64,000 bases of DNA from Oopsacas minuta (taxonomy: Eukaryota; Animalia; Porifera): the NCBI GenBank assembly GCA_024704765.1, contig JAKMXF010000329.1, positions 124,001 through 188,000 on the forward strand. The letters run 5' to 3'. Below the pieces are notes generated by a model. That model was given only the letters and a program-made list of their open reading frames with translations, ran no database searches and was not told the origin of the DNA. Below are positions 23,436-37,785 of the stretch, piece by piece (the stretch's first letter is position 1; every line of letters starts with the position of its first letter). The position numbers and the translations under genes are program-made.

Positions 23436-24599
23436 AAGTGGATAATCTACGATTATCGGGTTAGAAGAGAATATTGCCAAGCACGTGCAATCTATTTTCT
23501 ATACCATAATTCAGAAAAATTCGAACTTTAACATCACGATTTTATTTATACTGTACAGAATCGATTTAGATCATTTGGTTCTATCAAAAATTAGTTCATT
23601 GATTAATACAACGCTTTCTACATGCAGATGGATCAATTTTAATACGTACATATTTACCAATAAACCAACATATGACGTCACTGTTGTCTGATCATTTTCA
23701 CAAATGTTGCTGTTGTGCATTTATACATCAATACATTTTCGGATGAAAGGTACTAGTTTCTTTTTATCGGCAAAATATTTAATTTCTCACCTAAGAATTT
23801 CCACTTCCTTTTAGCCTGGTCCAGTGATATTTGCCTCAATGAGCAGCAGCGCTCGACAATATGAAATTCGTGGTGGCTAACTTAGCCACCACCTTGGATA
23901 ATTAAACCATAATACACGATATTTTGGCAGCTTATGGAAAATTATGGTGACCAAAGCCAACAAACTATCGTATTTGTCGAGCACTGGTGAGCAATACTTA
24001 GCTTGATTAGGCTATACCAACTCTCAAAATATAGGTAGAGACTTGCTCTTAATGGCTACAATAGGGTGACAAAGTACACTAAATCCGAATTGCAAATTTC
24101 ACGCTGTTCTTATGAAATCACTACTAATATTCTATGGAACCTTTTTACTAAAATGTCAAAAATTGTACCAATGTAGGTTCGTTCTTGAGTTACTTTTGAC
24201 TCTATGATCACATATTTTAATGAATATTCTATCATAACTCGATAATCTTGAAAGTTATAGCATAGCCTACTATACATAAGGCCTCACAGTAATAATTGAA
24301 ATATGGACCAGGGATGGAGTTCTTGATCTACTGTGAAAATGGTTATTTCTTCTTGTAATGCCAGATATGGTCAAACCTAGACTACTAAACATAAGACTAC
24401 ATATTATTAGAGAGATTGGGACCATGGATTGAATATGGATGGATTTTCCATCATTATATTGTCCAAATATTATTCATCAGGAATGTAATTAGTATTTGAA
24501 TTGTCAATAAGATATATAGAAACTAGAAGAAAATTGCTATTGAGTTAAATTAAAAGTACAAATAGATGAAAAAGAAAATTACTTAAAATTGTCTAAATA

Positions 24600-27436
24600 T
24601 AGGATCTGTTAGCTGTTTTGCCAATGAAAGTTCTAAGAATTAATTATTTCAGCTTTCGTTTCTCAAATTCTTTCGAAGCTACCTTAGAATTGTAATTTTT
24701 CACTTTATTAGCTATTAAACAATTCGCTTCAGTGAATACAAGTTTGCGAAGAATAGATGACCTATTTAAATTGCAAGAGGGGCATTGCTCTCTCCAACAA
24801 CCATCATCAACAGAACACACAAGATCCAATAGAATCTGCCTATATGATCCTTCAACAAAGATCCTCATCCATTCTGCATATCCTTCAATAACAGTGAAAT
24901 TCTTCCATACAGTGATTATGGAATCCAAAACAAGTTCAGAAGGATATTTCAGACCTTCACGATCAGTAAGCTCAAGTAGTCTATACTGAAATCCGGTTGA
25001 TTCATGAATTAGGCAATCTTTATCAATTGTTAATAAATCTTGACATAAGTAACATGGTGGACTTCGTTTCAGGCATTGGTGTGCAGCATATCCGGCAATG
25101 AAAGCTAATGATTGAATTGTTTGGGTATCACACTCAACGCTGGATAGATCAGAAATTGCATTAAGGAAAGGGTCAAAATCAATCTCAGCATCCTAAAATA
25201 GCTTCTCTTCAGGTGAAAAGGACTGAATAAATTCTTGTAATGACTTATTACATGATTCGGGCTGATAGGAAAATAGATTTGAATATTTGAAATTTTCAGA
25301 CAACGTTCAGCTTCTAATATTTGAAGATAAGAAATATGGTAGTTGGCACCTGACATCATGCGATAAAGTCCGAATCCGTGCTCTGATGGGTCAGTTTGTA
25401 TGAAAGAAGTTGGAAGGTACGAATATCCATAAGTTTCTGTTAGATAGTTGGTTATTTGTGGTAAAACAATGCATGCATACCTTAAGCTTCCGAAAGTTTG
25501 TTTGGATAATTTCCCATCTTTCCCAGGAAGAGATTCCCAAGCATCTAACCAATTAACTATACGATCTAAGAAGGAGAAGCGATAGTCGTTAAAACCGAAT
25601 GGTTGGGCGGCTGGATCATTTAAACGAACATGCTTGTATAGAACATTACATTGAACATTTTCCATAAAGAAGAAATAATGCTGAGAAAATCTGAAGTGTT
25701 CGATTTATTAGCCACACAGCGTTGGTCATTTTGAATTATTAGAGCAGTTATTGTAGATTCATGTTTAACTTTAAAACTAGTTTCACTTTCTGACGCTCTA
25801 AACTAGAGGGAAAATATGCTTTAAATGTTAACCGCGGAGCTAGTTTTACCAAGCATTCTTTCTCAGAAGGATATAAGATGCGAACATCGCGGAAAGAAGC
25901 TGAGCACATTCTCAAATGTTAGGAACAATAATCTGTCCGTATACCTTAAAAATTAGGGTATATAAGACTCTTACTCTCTGACTTCAGATTTAACCAGTTA
26001 TTGCGTATTGTCTTTAATATATGAAAGAAATCAGAGGTGAGAAATAGGATTCGATTTGGATTAGAAGGATGGAGAACTTGAGTTTCCAGCTTACCACTTT
26101 TAGAGAAGAGTTTGAATAATTTTACATTGAGAGGATAGTTGTCGTTAGAGATAATAACTACAAATAGCACCAACACTCAAGTATCGTTTGTGTTGAAGGA
26201 GAAGCGCAAGGTAACAGACGAACAATACAAGACCATTTTTTCTGTAGACTAGATACCATAATTGCGAATATAGTTTTGATTGGATCATCTGGTGTCAACT
26301 AGCCCCGTATATCTTACCACCAATGTATGAAATATCCGATTTCACATGAATTTCGTCCATTTGGACAATTACATGTTTTTCAGCATCACAGAAAGAACGG
26401 GTCTCTTATTTGAGGAGAGTAAAATAGTCACTTTTTCAAGGCCAGATGAGGAATATAACTCGACTAGAGTATTTACATGAGGAAGAATTTGACAATGCAT
26501 TTGCTGAAGATATTTATAACAAGCTGGAGAAATCAAATGTCTTTTGAGGGCCAATATTTGTGTTAGTACATTATATCTATGCCTGTTTTGTAACTAGCAT
26601 TGCATGAATTGCAGTCTTGAAAGTTCTGGATAATCGGGTTATTCTAAATCTGATTCATTTATTTGTAAAGTGTTATAACCTGTTGAATATGGTCTGTGGT
26701 TAAAGGAATATGGGTAGCATTTGCCTCAGAAATATAAGATTCACTCGGATGTGTTGATTTAGATGCTTCACCATGTATAGTTTCTATTTGTTGAATATCG
26801 CTATGGAGGTTAGCGAAAGCAAACTAGGTTCTCCATTACAAAAAGCTCTAACAGATAGATTGGAATGTAATATCAAGTACATATTTACAAGGATATCACT
26901 ACTTACAAAACTTAGGCGCATAAAAACAATACTATTTCGCTCAGGATGCCATAATGACCATTTCTTAGACAAGGAAAGCAAGGTAATTTGTATGAAATAT
27001 CGTAAAACTGCTAATTTTGAATTTATCTCTCTCTTCAGCTTCTGATTTCAGGCTAAGTGTCAAAGTTTGGTTGAATAGTTTATCTTCTCATATATTCTAG
27101 GGGACTCCTGCGCATAGTATTAGATTGGTAGTATGATAGACAACCTAGTAGAAACGCTGGTACAGCGCCATCTTTCAGCTTGAGCATGACTCGAGGGATT
27201 TCACAAAAGGTTCCATCTCCGTTTGGAACTTGGTGACTGTATTCTACATCCTCTCCCCGAAAATGTTTAACACAAACATCAACAGACTTCAATTTATCTA
27301 AATCATCCCTCCGAAGAGCCCTAATCCAAGAATGTCTGAGTTAAGGTGGTTTATTACGTAATCTGAATACATGTACAGTTTCGAGAGTAGATTTGTGGTT
27401 ACTTTTGCACCCAGGAGCGGAGCAGTAATTAGGCAT
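24600..27436 (-). pseudogene. THAP-domain P-element transposase pseudogene
   Basis: THAP domain MPNYCSAPGC...W...VCVKHF...LKDGAVP; core MDEIHVKSDISY, SDFFHILKTIRNNW, QTDPSEHGFGLYRMMSGANY and FIAGY. Many stops and frameshifts. Confidence 0.9.
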
Positions 27437-27571
27437 AATTTTTAGCACTCAACAGTGGTAAAATGCTAAACTAAGCAGAAAAAAGTTAATAAATTAATTA
27501 AATACGGAAAAATACAAGCATAAACACATGAAAAAGATCAAGAGTGACAGAATTCGAACAGCAAATGAGTA

Positions 27572-27740
27572 CAGTAGAACTCGGATAAGACGTACTCGGC
27601 TTAAGACGTACACTCGGTTAAGATCTACTATTTCTTATATCCCAAAATATCAGTCATCATTATTTGTAATGCAAACATATTCGGATAAGACGTACTAATT
27701 TCTGTTTCCCGAGGGGGTACGTCTTATCCGAGTTCTACTG
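27572..27740. mobile_element. pogo/Tigger-type MITE, 169 bp
   Basis: Perfect 24-bp TIR CAGTAGAACTCGGATAAGACGTAC with TA on both sides. Confidence 0.92.
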
Positions 27741-27824
27741 TATATGGATATCTATAGGATTTCTGAATAATTTTTCTAATTTATTTATATAATATAATGA
27801 ATTTTCAATTGTTTTTGGTTAGAT

Positions 27825-30311
27825 CAGTGCTACTTAAGCGGTGGGGAATAGAGGATAATTAGGTGGGGAATAGCGCTTCTGAGAAATATTATATGAAAGT
27901 TATTAAATCTGGACACTTATTCATAAAAATTCTGAATAATATGTCAAGTTCTGCGAATTTAATGAATTCTAAGAATACATTTAAGTGAGATATAACCATA
28001 TAAATCCAAGTGCAATCAAATTCTTTTTCATTTGCACTAAATTTTTAATGGTATCTTTGCTAACAATAAATGTTTATTTGGAGATTGAAACTAGAAGTTC
28101 AATCAATGTGCCAGTTCTAATTTAGTGAAATTGAACTTGTTTCATACTTGGTATTACATATAAATAGTAAACAACTTTCAACAATTATTCCTCAAATGAC
28201 TCTGATTTTATAATTATTTTACATTTTTTGGCCTCCTCGACTTCTTAAGTGTCAATTTTCTAACTTTCTTACAGTAAATTATATACGTCAGTCTTTACCA
28301 TGTCACTGAAGAGAAAGTATCAAGAAGGTTATCTCAATTTTGGCTTTACATTCCAGGAAAATAATGGTTATCCACTTCTACAATGCGTATTGTGTATGAA
28401 AACTCTATCGAATACAAGTATGAAACCGTACCAACTGAAGCAACATCTCACTACAGTCCACCCGGAGCCCTCCAAAAATGATCGAGCTTTCTTTAAGCTG
28501 AAGGAGACTGGAATACAAAGGGTGAAACTAGATTCCAGTGGAGCATTCCATCAACAGGCAAAGTTAATTGTTCACGCGTCGTATGCCATTGCACTATTGG
28601 TGGCAAAAAACAAGAAACTTCATACAATCGGGGAGACTCTCATAAAGCCCTGCATTCTTGAATGTGCTCGAATAGTCCTCAACAAAGATGCCATTAGCAA
28701 GCTGGAGCAAATATCCATGTCAAACGACTCAATTAAGTCAAGGATTGTTGATATGTCTAACAATATCAACATCAGATAATTACAAAAATCCAGGCATCTC
28801 CCATGTTTGCTATCCGGGTGGACGAGTCTACAGATGTGGCCAGTCTTTCTCAATTGATGGTTTTTGCTCGTTATATGAATGGTCCGACGATTGGGAAAGT
28901 GTTCCTATTCTGTGAGCCCTTGGAGACGACAACAAAGGCAGAAGATGTCATGGTCATTGTCTCAACATTCTTTGGGGAATGAATCTCAACTGGAAAAATA
29001 TAGTTGGGGAGTGCTCAGATGGAGCACCAGCCATGTTGGGTAGCCGATCTGGTTTTATCTCGCTTGTTAAACACAAGAATCCGAATGTGCTAGGAACCCA
29101 CTGTTCCATCCATCGCCAGGCACTGGCCTCTAAAACAATGCCTAGTTCTCTATGTGCTAATTTATCGATCGTCATTAAAGTAGTCAACTATACCCAAGAG
29201 GAGCGTCCAATACCCGCTTATTTCGCCAAATTTGTGAAGGAATGGATACACCCATCAATCTCTCTTGTTCCATACGCAGGTACGGTGGTTATCCAAAGGC
29301 AACATATTGGTTCGGGTATCTGAACTTAAGGAAGAGGTGGACACCTTTCTTAAGATGAAATGCAAGATGGATCTCCTAACTGAATTTAATAACCCAGAGT
29401 TTGTCTCTCACTTGGCATACCTTGCAGATATCTTTGAAGCTTTAAATTAGCTTAATCGGAAACTTCGGGGCCGAGATACCAACATTATCAGTCAAACAGA
29501 CAACATTAATGCCTTCATCTCCAAAAGTAAACTCTGGATAAGAAAGATCATGGAAGGCAATACATGTTCTCTTCATCGATTGACAGATGTATTCTGTAAT
29601 GAACCCTTTTCTGCACAACTTCAAAAAGAGATAATGGAGCACCTTGACTGCCTGGGAAGGGAGTTACTAAATATTTTCCTGGGATTAACGTAGAGGATCC
29701 ATTAATTGCTATGGTAAGAAATCCATTCAAGTGTGTGGTTGTGACGATTCCAGAGGATATCCAAGAGGAGTTCTAGAACTTGTTCATGATTCATTTAGCA
29801 AGGATGAGTTCCAAATTCGTTTTCTCTCTGTGACTTCTGGGCCAAAATGTATTTAGTTTATCCAATCGTCAGTTAGCAAGCTCTTAAAATTATTGTACCT
29901 TTCTCATCAACTTATCTATGTGAGTCTGGATTTTCAAACTTACTTGCTATCAAACAAAGGCTCAAAACAAATTAGAGGTGGAAGATGGCCTGAGATGTTC
30001 TATTTCCTTTACTAAACCCAGTATCATCGATCTTGTGCGTAGTAAACAAGTAGAAAAATCACATTAAAGAATTGAATTACTTATTTACCATTACAAATTT
30101 AGTACTTCCGATAATGTACTGAGATGTCATGTTGATTAATTAAAAAATACATTATCAAATTCAATATATAAAGTTACAAAACTTCTAAAACGTATGACAT
30201 TACATGACTGTGTGCTTTTGAATATTTAAATAACATTCATGATTTGGTGAGAAATAGATTGACTGAGTCTTCTAGAGTGAAAAATGGCCAACAAAAGGTA
30301 AAGAACCGCTG
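27825..30311 (+). mobile_element. hAT element, Buster/Charlie type, nested in the P element
   Basis: Perfect 8-bp TSD GGTTAGAT (27817-27824 and 30312-30319, with the central TA typical of Buster). Ends are CAGTGCTACTTAAG and CAGCGGTTCTTTAC (reverse complement). Confidence 0.9.
28300..30067 (+). pseudogene. Buster/ZBED5-like hAT transposase pseudogene
   Basis: KRKYQEGYLNFGF...QCVLC...MKPYQLKQHL, HTIGETLIKP, DGAPAMLG...HCSIHRQALA, VRWLSKG, LAYLADIF and PFSSTYLCESGFS occur across frameshifts. Confidence 0.92.
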
Positions 30312-30406
30312 GGTTAGATAATAAACTAAATATTTAACCATGTGGTTCATTAATAAATCCAGCCTGTAATTGCATCCATGGTCCCAATTTCTCTTAATAA
30401 TAAGTA

Positions 30407-30503
30407 CAGTGGAGTTCGCTTGTTAGCAAGTCGGTTTTGCACAAAAAACTTGCTATTAAGCACACTTGCAAATAAGGCAATTACTAATAGACGAACTCTA
30501 CTG
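30407..30503. mobile_element. pogo/Tc1-type mini-MITE, 97 bp (a further right end lies at 31520-31542)
   Basis: Imperfect TIRs CAGTGGAGTTCGCTTGTTAGCAA / CAGTAGAGTTCGTCTATTAGTAA, TA flanks and internal TTGCTAATAAG repeats. Confidence 0.8.
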
Positions 30504-30891
30504 TACTTATTTCAAAAGCAACCACAATTTCCTCTAAATCGAAGAATGTAAATTCTCTTTACTACTATACTACAGAATAATCTCATTATAGCAACTTCTT
30601 CATGCTTATAAACGAACTAAAGGTTCCCTTATTAAGTTATTAGCAAGTTGTGGTTTATGAGAAACTTGTTCATGGGCGAACTTGCTAATAAGGGAACATA
30701 ATAAATGCAATTTGGGCCATTGTGACGATACAAAAACTTGCTAACAAGGCTATATAAATAATATACTTGTTTATCATCCCCGCCCGCCCAATTTAATCTC
30801 ACTCCTCGGCAATTTTTTGTATGTTAATACATATCTTTATTTAATACATATATTCGCAGATGAGCATCTTCGAAACAAGCTAATTATTTAA

Positions 30892-31070
30892 CACTAGCGC
30901 CCTTCGCTTGCTAGGTCGCTGAGCAGTGTGGCTAACCATGTGATTTTTCGAAAATCCAAAAAGGTGGCAAAGGCATCATAATTTCGTCAGGTGTGAATTT
31001 CGTCCAAGACTCAAGCCTGTCCGAGTCAGGCCCAAATGCCCCTCCCTGTATGGCAATAATCAGCCCTGGG
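30892..31070. repeat. Dispersed repeat modules (see 10850-11642)
   Basis: CTAGCGCCCTTCGCTTGCTAGGTCGC (reverse complement of the end module) is joined to the middle module. Confidence 0.6.
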
Positions 31071-32039
31071 GTGTGCACTAAATTTTTATCATTATTATTT
31101 AAATTGTACAATAATTTAGATTATAGAGAGGAAGTGAATATTAGTTTTCCCATATACAGTGTAAGCTTAACACGAATACCAACGTACCGTACGGTTAAAA
31201 TTTACTCACATTTCCGGAGTTCATAAACCCGGAGTAATATCCATTGAAGTACGGTTGTAGGGACCTGATTATGTACGAATATTGTTCGTCTTATCAGAAA
31301 TTCGTATTTACGAGATAGTTTAAATAAATTAGTAAAATTACACTAAGCAAAAAATAAAAATAAAATGCCGCCCTCCGCCCCTATTTCGCAGAAAAAATGG
31401 ATGAGAAACAAGTAATTTATTTTACATGGCCTAAGCGAATCTTTCTAATAAGCGAACTTGTTTATACCTTAATCCCTATACCTTTACTCCGTGCACTGAA
31501 AAACTTGCTAATAAGGCTATTGCTAATAGACGAACTCTACTGTAGTCTTGTTTGATAGACTAAGTTTGAACATTTTTGGCAATAAAAAAAGAAATAACCA
31601 CTTTCACAGTAGATCGAGGATCCATATTTTAATTGTTATTGTGAGGCCCTAGGTATATTAGGCTATGGTTATAGTAAATCGGGATAGCCAAATTTGTAGT
31701 AAATACCCGACTTCCCTTTTATTTGTAAGACATTTGGATGTGATATCTCTGAGATTACTTTGTAATGCTAATAATGATACTATATGTCATATTCACGATT
31801 ACGTCAAAGTTAGCATATCAAAATTCATTCCAAGGGTAATGGAAGTCGGGTAGATAATTACTTAACTTTACGATAACTTGTACGATTATCGAGTTAGCAT
31901 TGGATATTCAGAAAGAATTATAATTCCCAGACTGTAACTCAAGATCCAGTCAACATTAATTGTAGTTCCTTTTTTGTTTTTTTCATAAATAGTAACTTTA
32001 TGGACAATTATTCATATATTCAGTTTGACTTGAGATGAA

Positions 32040-32412
32040 CATGGGCGCCCAAGACCAGGGGCGGAAGGGTCCAGCCCCCTAGGGGCCTCAAGCCAAGGGG
32101 CTCTCTCCCTCGTGATTTCCTAACAATTACTTTATTGATACTCACGATTTATGTCATCAGTTTACATCTTATTATATTCAAAATATTTCTGTATAATGTA
32201 TGCCTAGATTATCACTGGTACGTCTAAGAGTTCTGAAGACGAGAACCAGAATTCAATTGGGCTAAATGAGTCTTAAATCCGATACTTATTCTTCATTGAG
32301 CTTGGAGAGTTATAATACAGTTATTTGCACTTAGAGAATTATTTAGAAGATATTTCACACAATTTTCAATTGCTCCGACCCCCTTGGGAATAATGCACTT
32401 TCGGCGCCAATG
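32040..32412. mobile_element. Possible hAT-type MITE
   Basis: Short inverted ends CATGGGCGCCC / CATTGGCGCCG. No TSD was found. Confidence 0.35.
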
Positions 32413-33793
32413 TGAAAGATGCAATATTTATCGTTCTACAAGACATGGAATATTAAACAAATTTACCAGATAAATGCTTCCCAGACAATATTCTTGCAAA
32501 TTCCTCAAATATTTTATTTTTATTGGTTGATAATTTGTTCTTACTACATATACGACATTATTGAATTATGCAATTACAGTGTAACACTCATAAACCACAT
32601 CTGTATAATCCGTAGACCTCTATAATTCGACATTGTTTGTGAACTGAAATAGCTTCAGACAGTACAATTCACCTGCATAATTCAACAATTTCAATAGCGA
32701 AAAACTTTAATATCCCAAAGAGTATCGGTTTTGCAGGTTCCACTCTACATTTTTCTGGCAAAATGAGCCGTTTCTGTAATATAAAAACTACATTCAAATA
32801 CTTCGGTAGACACGTACATCCCTACTCCAAAATCCTAAAGGAGTTACGAGACATTATGTATAGTAATCTTTGACATCGTAAATTTTATTTATGAGAATGG
32901 CAATTGGGAAATTAATTACGTATTTGACAATGCTATCGATTTTAGGAAATTTGTTCCGGAACTATTGTACGATATATACCAATATACATACTATAAATCA
33001 ATTCTTTCATACGACTAACGATTTTTTGATGCGTAGTGATGGTATGTCCTTGCTTAAATGTGGCAGGTATTCTTCAGAATTTGCGAACCGCTGCAATAAC
33101 CTAATTCTATTAGGAACCATAAATCCAGTACCCAATATTAAAAGCTTCCATTAGTATTCTAAACATTTCTACATATCAGAGATACTGACAGGATTCCAGA
33201 AAATCTTACCTTTTCCAATCAACTTCCATTTTTAAGAAAGATTCTTTGCTTTTGTAGTGCTTATCCAACATCATCTCAATGATTTTTCTTATTATTTAAT
33301 CCATATTAACAAAAGAACTGAGAGTGTTCTGGGTCAAATAGTCCTCCCTATATATTTGATTCGGGGACCATTTGGTCCAAATCTTTTTCCCTTCAGGCCA
33401 AATTATCCCCCTTTAAATTTTAACACATTTTTAGTTTCAATATTGTATGGTTTTATATTCTGATAACTAAGTTACTTTTAAATTTGTATCCCGAGGGACC
33501 ATTTATTCATTTTATATATTTTTTGGCCTAATGGTCCCCAGTAAAATTTTGGTACGTTTACAGTTTTAATATTTTATTGTATAATTTGCCTTCTGTATAT
33601 TTCGGATAATGGAATACCTCATGCATTTGTAATTGAATTTATTATATTCTTACTAGCTATTGGCTTTGCAGCTTCGCGATGGCACTCGACAACGTTGCGG
33701 ATTCGCTGATTTCAAATTTCATTCTATATAATTTTACTTATATATATTCAGATTTCAAAGGTCCTGATATTGTCTTTATGAAATTTGTTATTA

Positions 33794-33961
33794 CAATGGA
33801 ACCTCCATGATTCGTCACTTCACAGGAATACAATAATATGTCCGATAGTAAGATTGTAAAGGTAAATTTTCATGAGATTATGGTACTTTGCTTAAAGATC
33901 AATGTCTGATTTATTATAGAGGTGTCCCGGGTTATCCAGGTTACAGATTTGAGATCCACTG
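33794..33961. mobile_element. pogo/Tigger-type MITE, degenerate
   Basis: TA-CAATGGAACCTC ... GAGATCCACTG-TA. Confidence 0.55.
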
Positions 33962-35118
33962 TAATAATAAAATTTCATAAAAGCTACATCCAACATCACG
34001 AAATTGGAGATCTGAATACGTATATATACGTAGTATCAAAATTTTTATAGAATAAATTTTGAAATTAGTTCAACTGCATGGCTGTTGGGTGATCCAGCGC
34101 GAAGCCGAGCCCATGACTGATAAGAATATAAGTGCGGTCTGTACCGACGAACTCTCATTTCATCTAATCGCTCGCATCGCATTTTCTCCTGAATAATATA
34201 TAATCTCACCTAAATAAAAGGGATATATCTTGTACATATTCATCTACAGCCTAAGCATTATTTTTCAGTATTACCATAGTCAAATGCATCGAACTTAGTA
34301 ATATACGAATGCACAAAGTTATTCAGAAAATACTCCAAACCAAATGTGTATTTCGCGGTTGTGTCACGTAGGCTTGAAATTGTTTAAAAATTCAAGCCTA
34401 TGTGACAATACAGATATAATTAATGTGGTAGGAATTATAGCTTGTTGTCCAGGTGCTTAATATACTGATGTTTACAGCGCTGATACCACGGTGGCACGGT
34501 AAGGAAATTTGAAAAAATCCATCATTCAGATTACCTCGTAGGTAAGATTTTCGGCTTTCCTATACCTAATTTACACAGGAACCATTAACTCGATTTGTAC
34601 AAGCTTTAATGATGCTTCTAGAACTCTTTATACATTTCACATACACAGAAATTGCTAGACTAATTAGACATTTCCTAACAGTGACATTACTAATCAATTT
34701 AATTAAAATCATTATTACGTACGTTACATCCTTCCTATGCATACTAATTTATAGCTTATTTTCAGCTTTTTTCATCAAATATACGGTTTCAGTTTCTAGC
34801 GTTTCATTCTCGAAATATTCTGATATCTAACTTGGTTATATTTTTGCAATTATCAAACTTTTTTGAAACTTTAAATTGTAGAACTAAATTTAAGATTGTT
34901 GACAATCCTGTGTATATATTTTATGAAAGCATATTATTTTTGTAAAAATTTAGACCATTTCAAAGCTGCCGAAATTTGATGAAAGTAGTCAACATCTGCT
35001 GTCAGACTTAAGGACTCCGAATATTTTCATTAATTCACTCTTCAAAAACTTTTGTTTTCTTATGGTTGTATTTAAATGACTTAATTTTAGCCTATTTAGC
35101 TTCACTAATTAACATACA

Positions 35119-36300
35119 ATGAACAACGAAAAAGCATTTTATTATTTTAATAGCAACAAAAACAATAGTATTAGTTCAATCTCTAAGGAATTTGTTGCAG
35201 AATTTGCTCTCAATGCTTCTCAGTGTGATGAAATACATCTAATATTTTCTAAACTGAACCTCGAGAGGAGAGATTTCGCAAGAAACAAGAGCTTGGAGAT
35301 TTGGAATGAGTCGCTCTTTTGCCAACTCCCAAACATACCAGAGGCGATTGTATATCCACGAGAGCAAGAAGTTAGCGTGACCTCATCTATTCAGAGTACA
35401 CTTACCTTCGAAGAAGATGTCAATCGTGTGCCATATAAGCATATTGATAAACTGTCAACCAAGGGCTTAGGTATTCAGTTAGATTCATTAATCTCACTCC
35501 TTAGAACCGATGCTGAGAAAGAACATGTTGCTCCTAAAACCATCGCTTCTTACTTGTTAATGTTGAATTCGCAAAAGAACGCGATTTCTCAAGTTAATTG
35601 TATGTAAGGAGATTATTGCAGCTTATCTTAGATATTTCGCATGGTTTGTAAATCTAGTCACCCACTTGGTTGCAGGAGAGACTGATAAATAGTCCCCTTC
35701 TTCAACCACTGTTTCAGAGTCTAAGGAACTTGTAGTCAGTCTAATAAAAGACAAGCTGAACATACTTATCGAAGTTCCATCTATACAAGGGGGCACATCA
35801 ACTACAGGAAATGTAGCACGGAATTGTTTGAAGAGACTAGACGATAGTGACAAAGATTGTCTCTATTGGATTTTGACAATCATTCCACTTGAATATCATT
35901 CTGCAGTCACTGATATTTATAACAAGCTTGGTGTGATAATACGAGTCTTCGATTGCAGTAGGAGAATTGACACAGAAGAACTAGAAATTGCTTGTAGAGC
36001 AGTTTATCAATCGATTTTAGTAATTTCCCGTGGGCCAAAATTAGTCCGACACTACACAAGCTACTAGCCCATGCTTCAGGTATAATGACAAAGTTTTATG
36101 AATTCGTGGATTAGAGGCTCTATCGGAAGAAGGCATTGAGGCTTGTAGATACAAGTTCGCAGATATAGCGAATGTCTCTTACGAAAATTTAGTTATGAAG
36201 AGAATATTCGTGACACCTTCATACGGCTGATTTCTCAGAGTCATCCCATATTACTGCTGAACAGAAAATCCCAGAAAAGCAGTCAAACAACTCAACAAGT
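35119..36300 (+). pseudogene. Transib transposase pseudogene lacking the RNase H segment with both catalytic Asp residues
   Basis: The NBD-like YKHIDKLSTKGL...AEKEHVAPK jumps directly to AYLRYFAWF...IQGGTSTTGNVARNC, followed by LSEEGIEAC and NIRDTFIRLISQSHP. Confidence 0.88.
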
Positions 36301-37785
36301 GAGTTGAAGAGTATTGAATGTCGTTTATTGAATTCCTTTATTCTCGAAGATGAGAACTAGGATGGGTGTTATTTTTAGTAATAATACATTTACTATGACA
36401 TCATAACTAATTAAAGTGAAGACGTACAACAAAACTGAATATGCCAATCTCTTGATTGGGATAGAAAACCATAGGTTAATACCACTTTTTGTGACGAGTG
36501 TGAAGTTGGCTGAATATTCGACCAGCAGTACTTCAACCATTAATTCGACCAACTTCCCATAGTCAGAATGTAAATATTTTTAGGCCATTCGAAAGAAGAG
36601 ATACGGATGTTTCTGAAAATAAATTTATCTTTTATAAACTTTAATTTTTTCTAATAGAAATTGGTGTATCTAACCAGCAGTAGTTCACATATGAATTTAG
36701 TATACTTAAACAAATTATTTTTTCCTGAAATCATGGGGCATGTATTCGTGCTATATGGACGTTTATGTGTTTAAAATATTATGGTAAAATAAGCAAAACT
36801 TTTGAGATATTTACATTTGAAAACTGGCTTGTTAGAATCGAGTCTCTATTAGATTTGTACTAAGCACACAAATTTAATGAAACATTCTAATCTATTCTAA
36901 CTATAGTAACGCATATAGATTACTGCAATATCAACTGTTTAATCTCAGTTGACTCACTATGAATTACTCAAAGATCAGAATATACTTTCAATTAATGCCA
37001 TAGCACTTATTTTCCATATATTCCAATATAGATTAAATAATAATCAAAGTTTATTTGTCTAGTAGAAATGAATAGTTCGGAGTTATTTGCTAAATTTCAA
37101 TGACTTAATCAACTAATGTTAGATATACCATGAAATCATTCTAATAATATACATATTCGCATGATAACTTCCCCATTTGAAATACAAAACACTGTTACTG
37201 AAGTGTAAACCTCTTGAAATTGTTCTTTGGTATTTGTATCAATATTATCTTAAATTTCATCGATTCATTAACAAACTATTTTATTTTATCACTTTCATCA
37301 AAAAATCTTTCACGATTCTACAATTCCAAACTCTAATACAAGTCTATTGACTTAGGCTTGTTGTCTATTTTCAATATACAATTTTTCTCCAATAGTACTC
37401 CGGGACTATTATATATTTCGAGGTTCCTTCAGGGGGCGATTATTCGAAGAAGGGCTACCTACTATTCGAGGAAAAAGGTATCTAAATTCTGCCCTATATC
37501 AAAGATTGTATTATTTTCTCCACATTTAGAATCATACTTTCGTTTCGACCCTCCTTCAATGGAACCAAATAGTTTTATTACTTCAAGTGTAATCAATATT
37601 TCAAAATGTAACTTCCTTTCTTCCTATTTAAATTATTTCCGTCTCATCGGAACACGTGCTTGATGTGTAATAATCAATTGCTATAACAGAAGTTATATTT
37701 ATCTTAACACGTTTTCTGGTGAGTACGGCGCATATAGTATTTTTATGTTCCTTTTTTAGTTCCACGAGACCTTCAGCTGTTACTT

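Larger units (their letters stand above)
24261..31667 (-). mobile_element. P-superfamily (THAP) element with nested insertions
   Basis: TIRs begin CATAGCCTA[C/A]TATAC (31/36 identical, with similarity extending to about 90 bp). Perfect 7-bp TSD GTTATAG (24254-24260 and 31668-31674). Confidence 0.9.

Noticed and set aside
34360-34410. Hairpin TGTCAC.TAGGCTTGAA...TTCAAGCCTA.GTGACA as a terminator or ncRNA
   Set aside because: The context is eukaryotic with no associated gene. It is most simply a collapsed MITE remnant.
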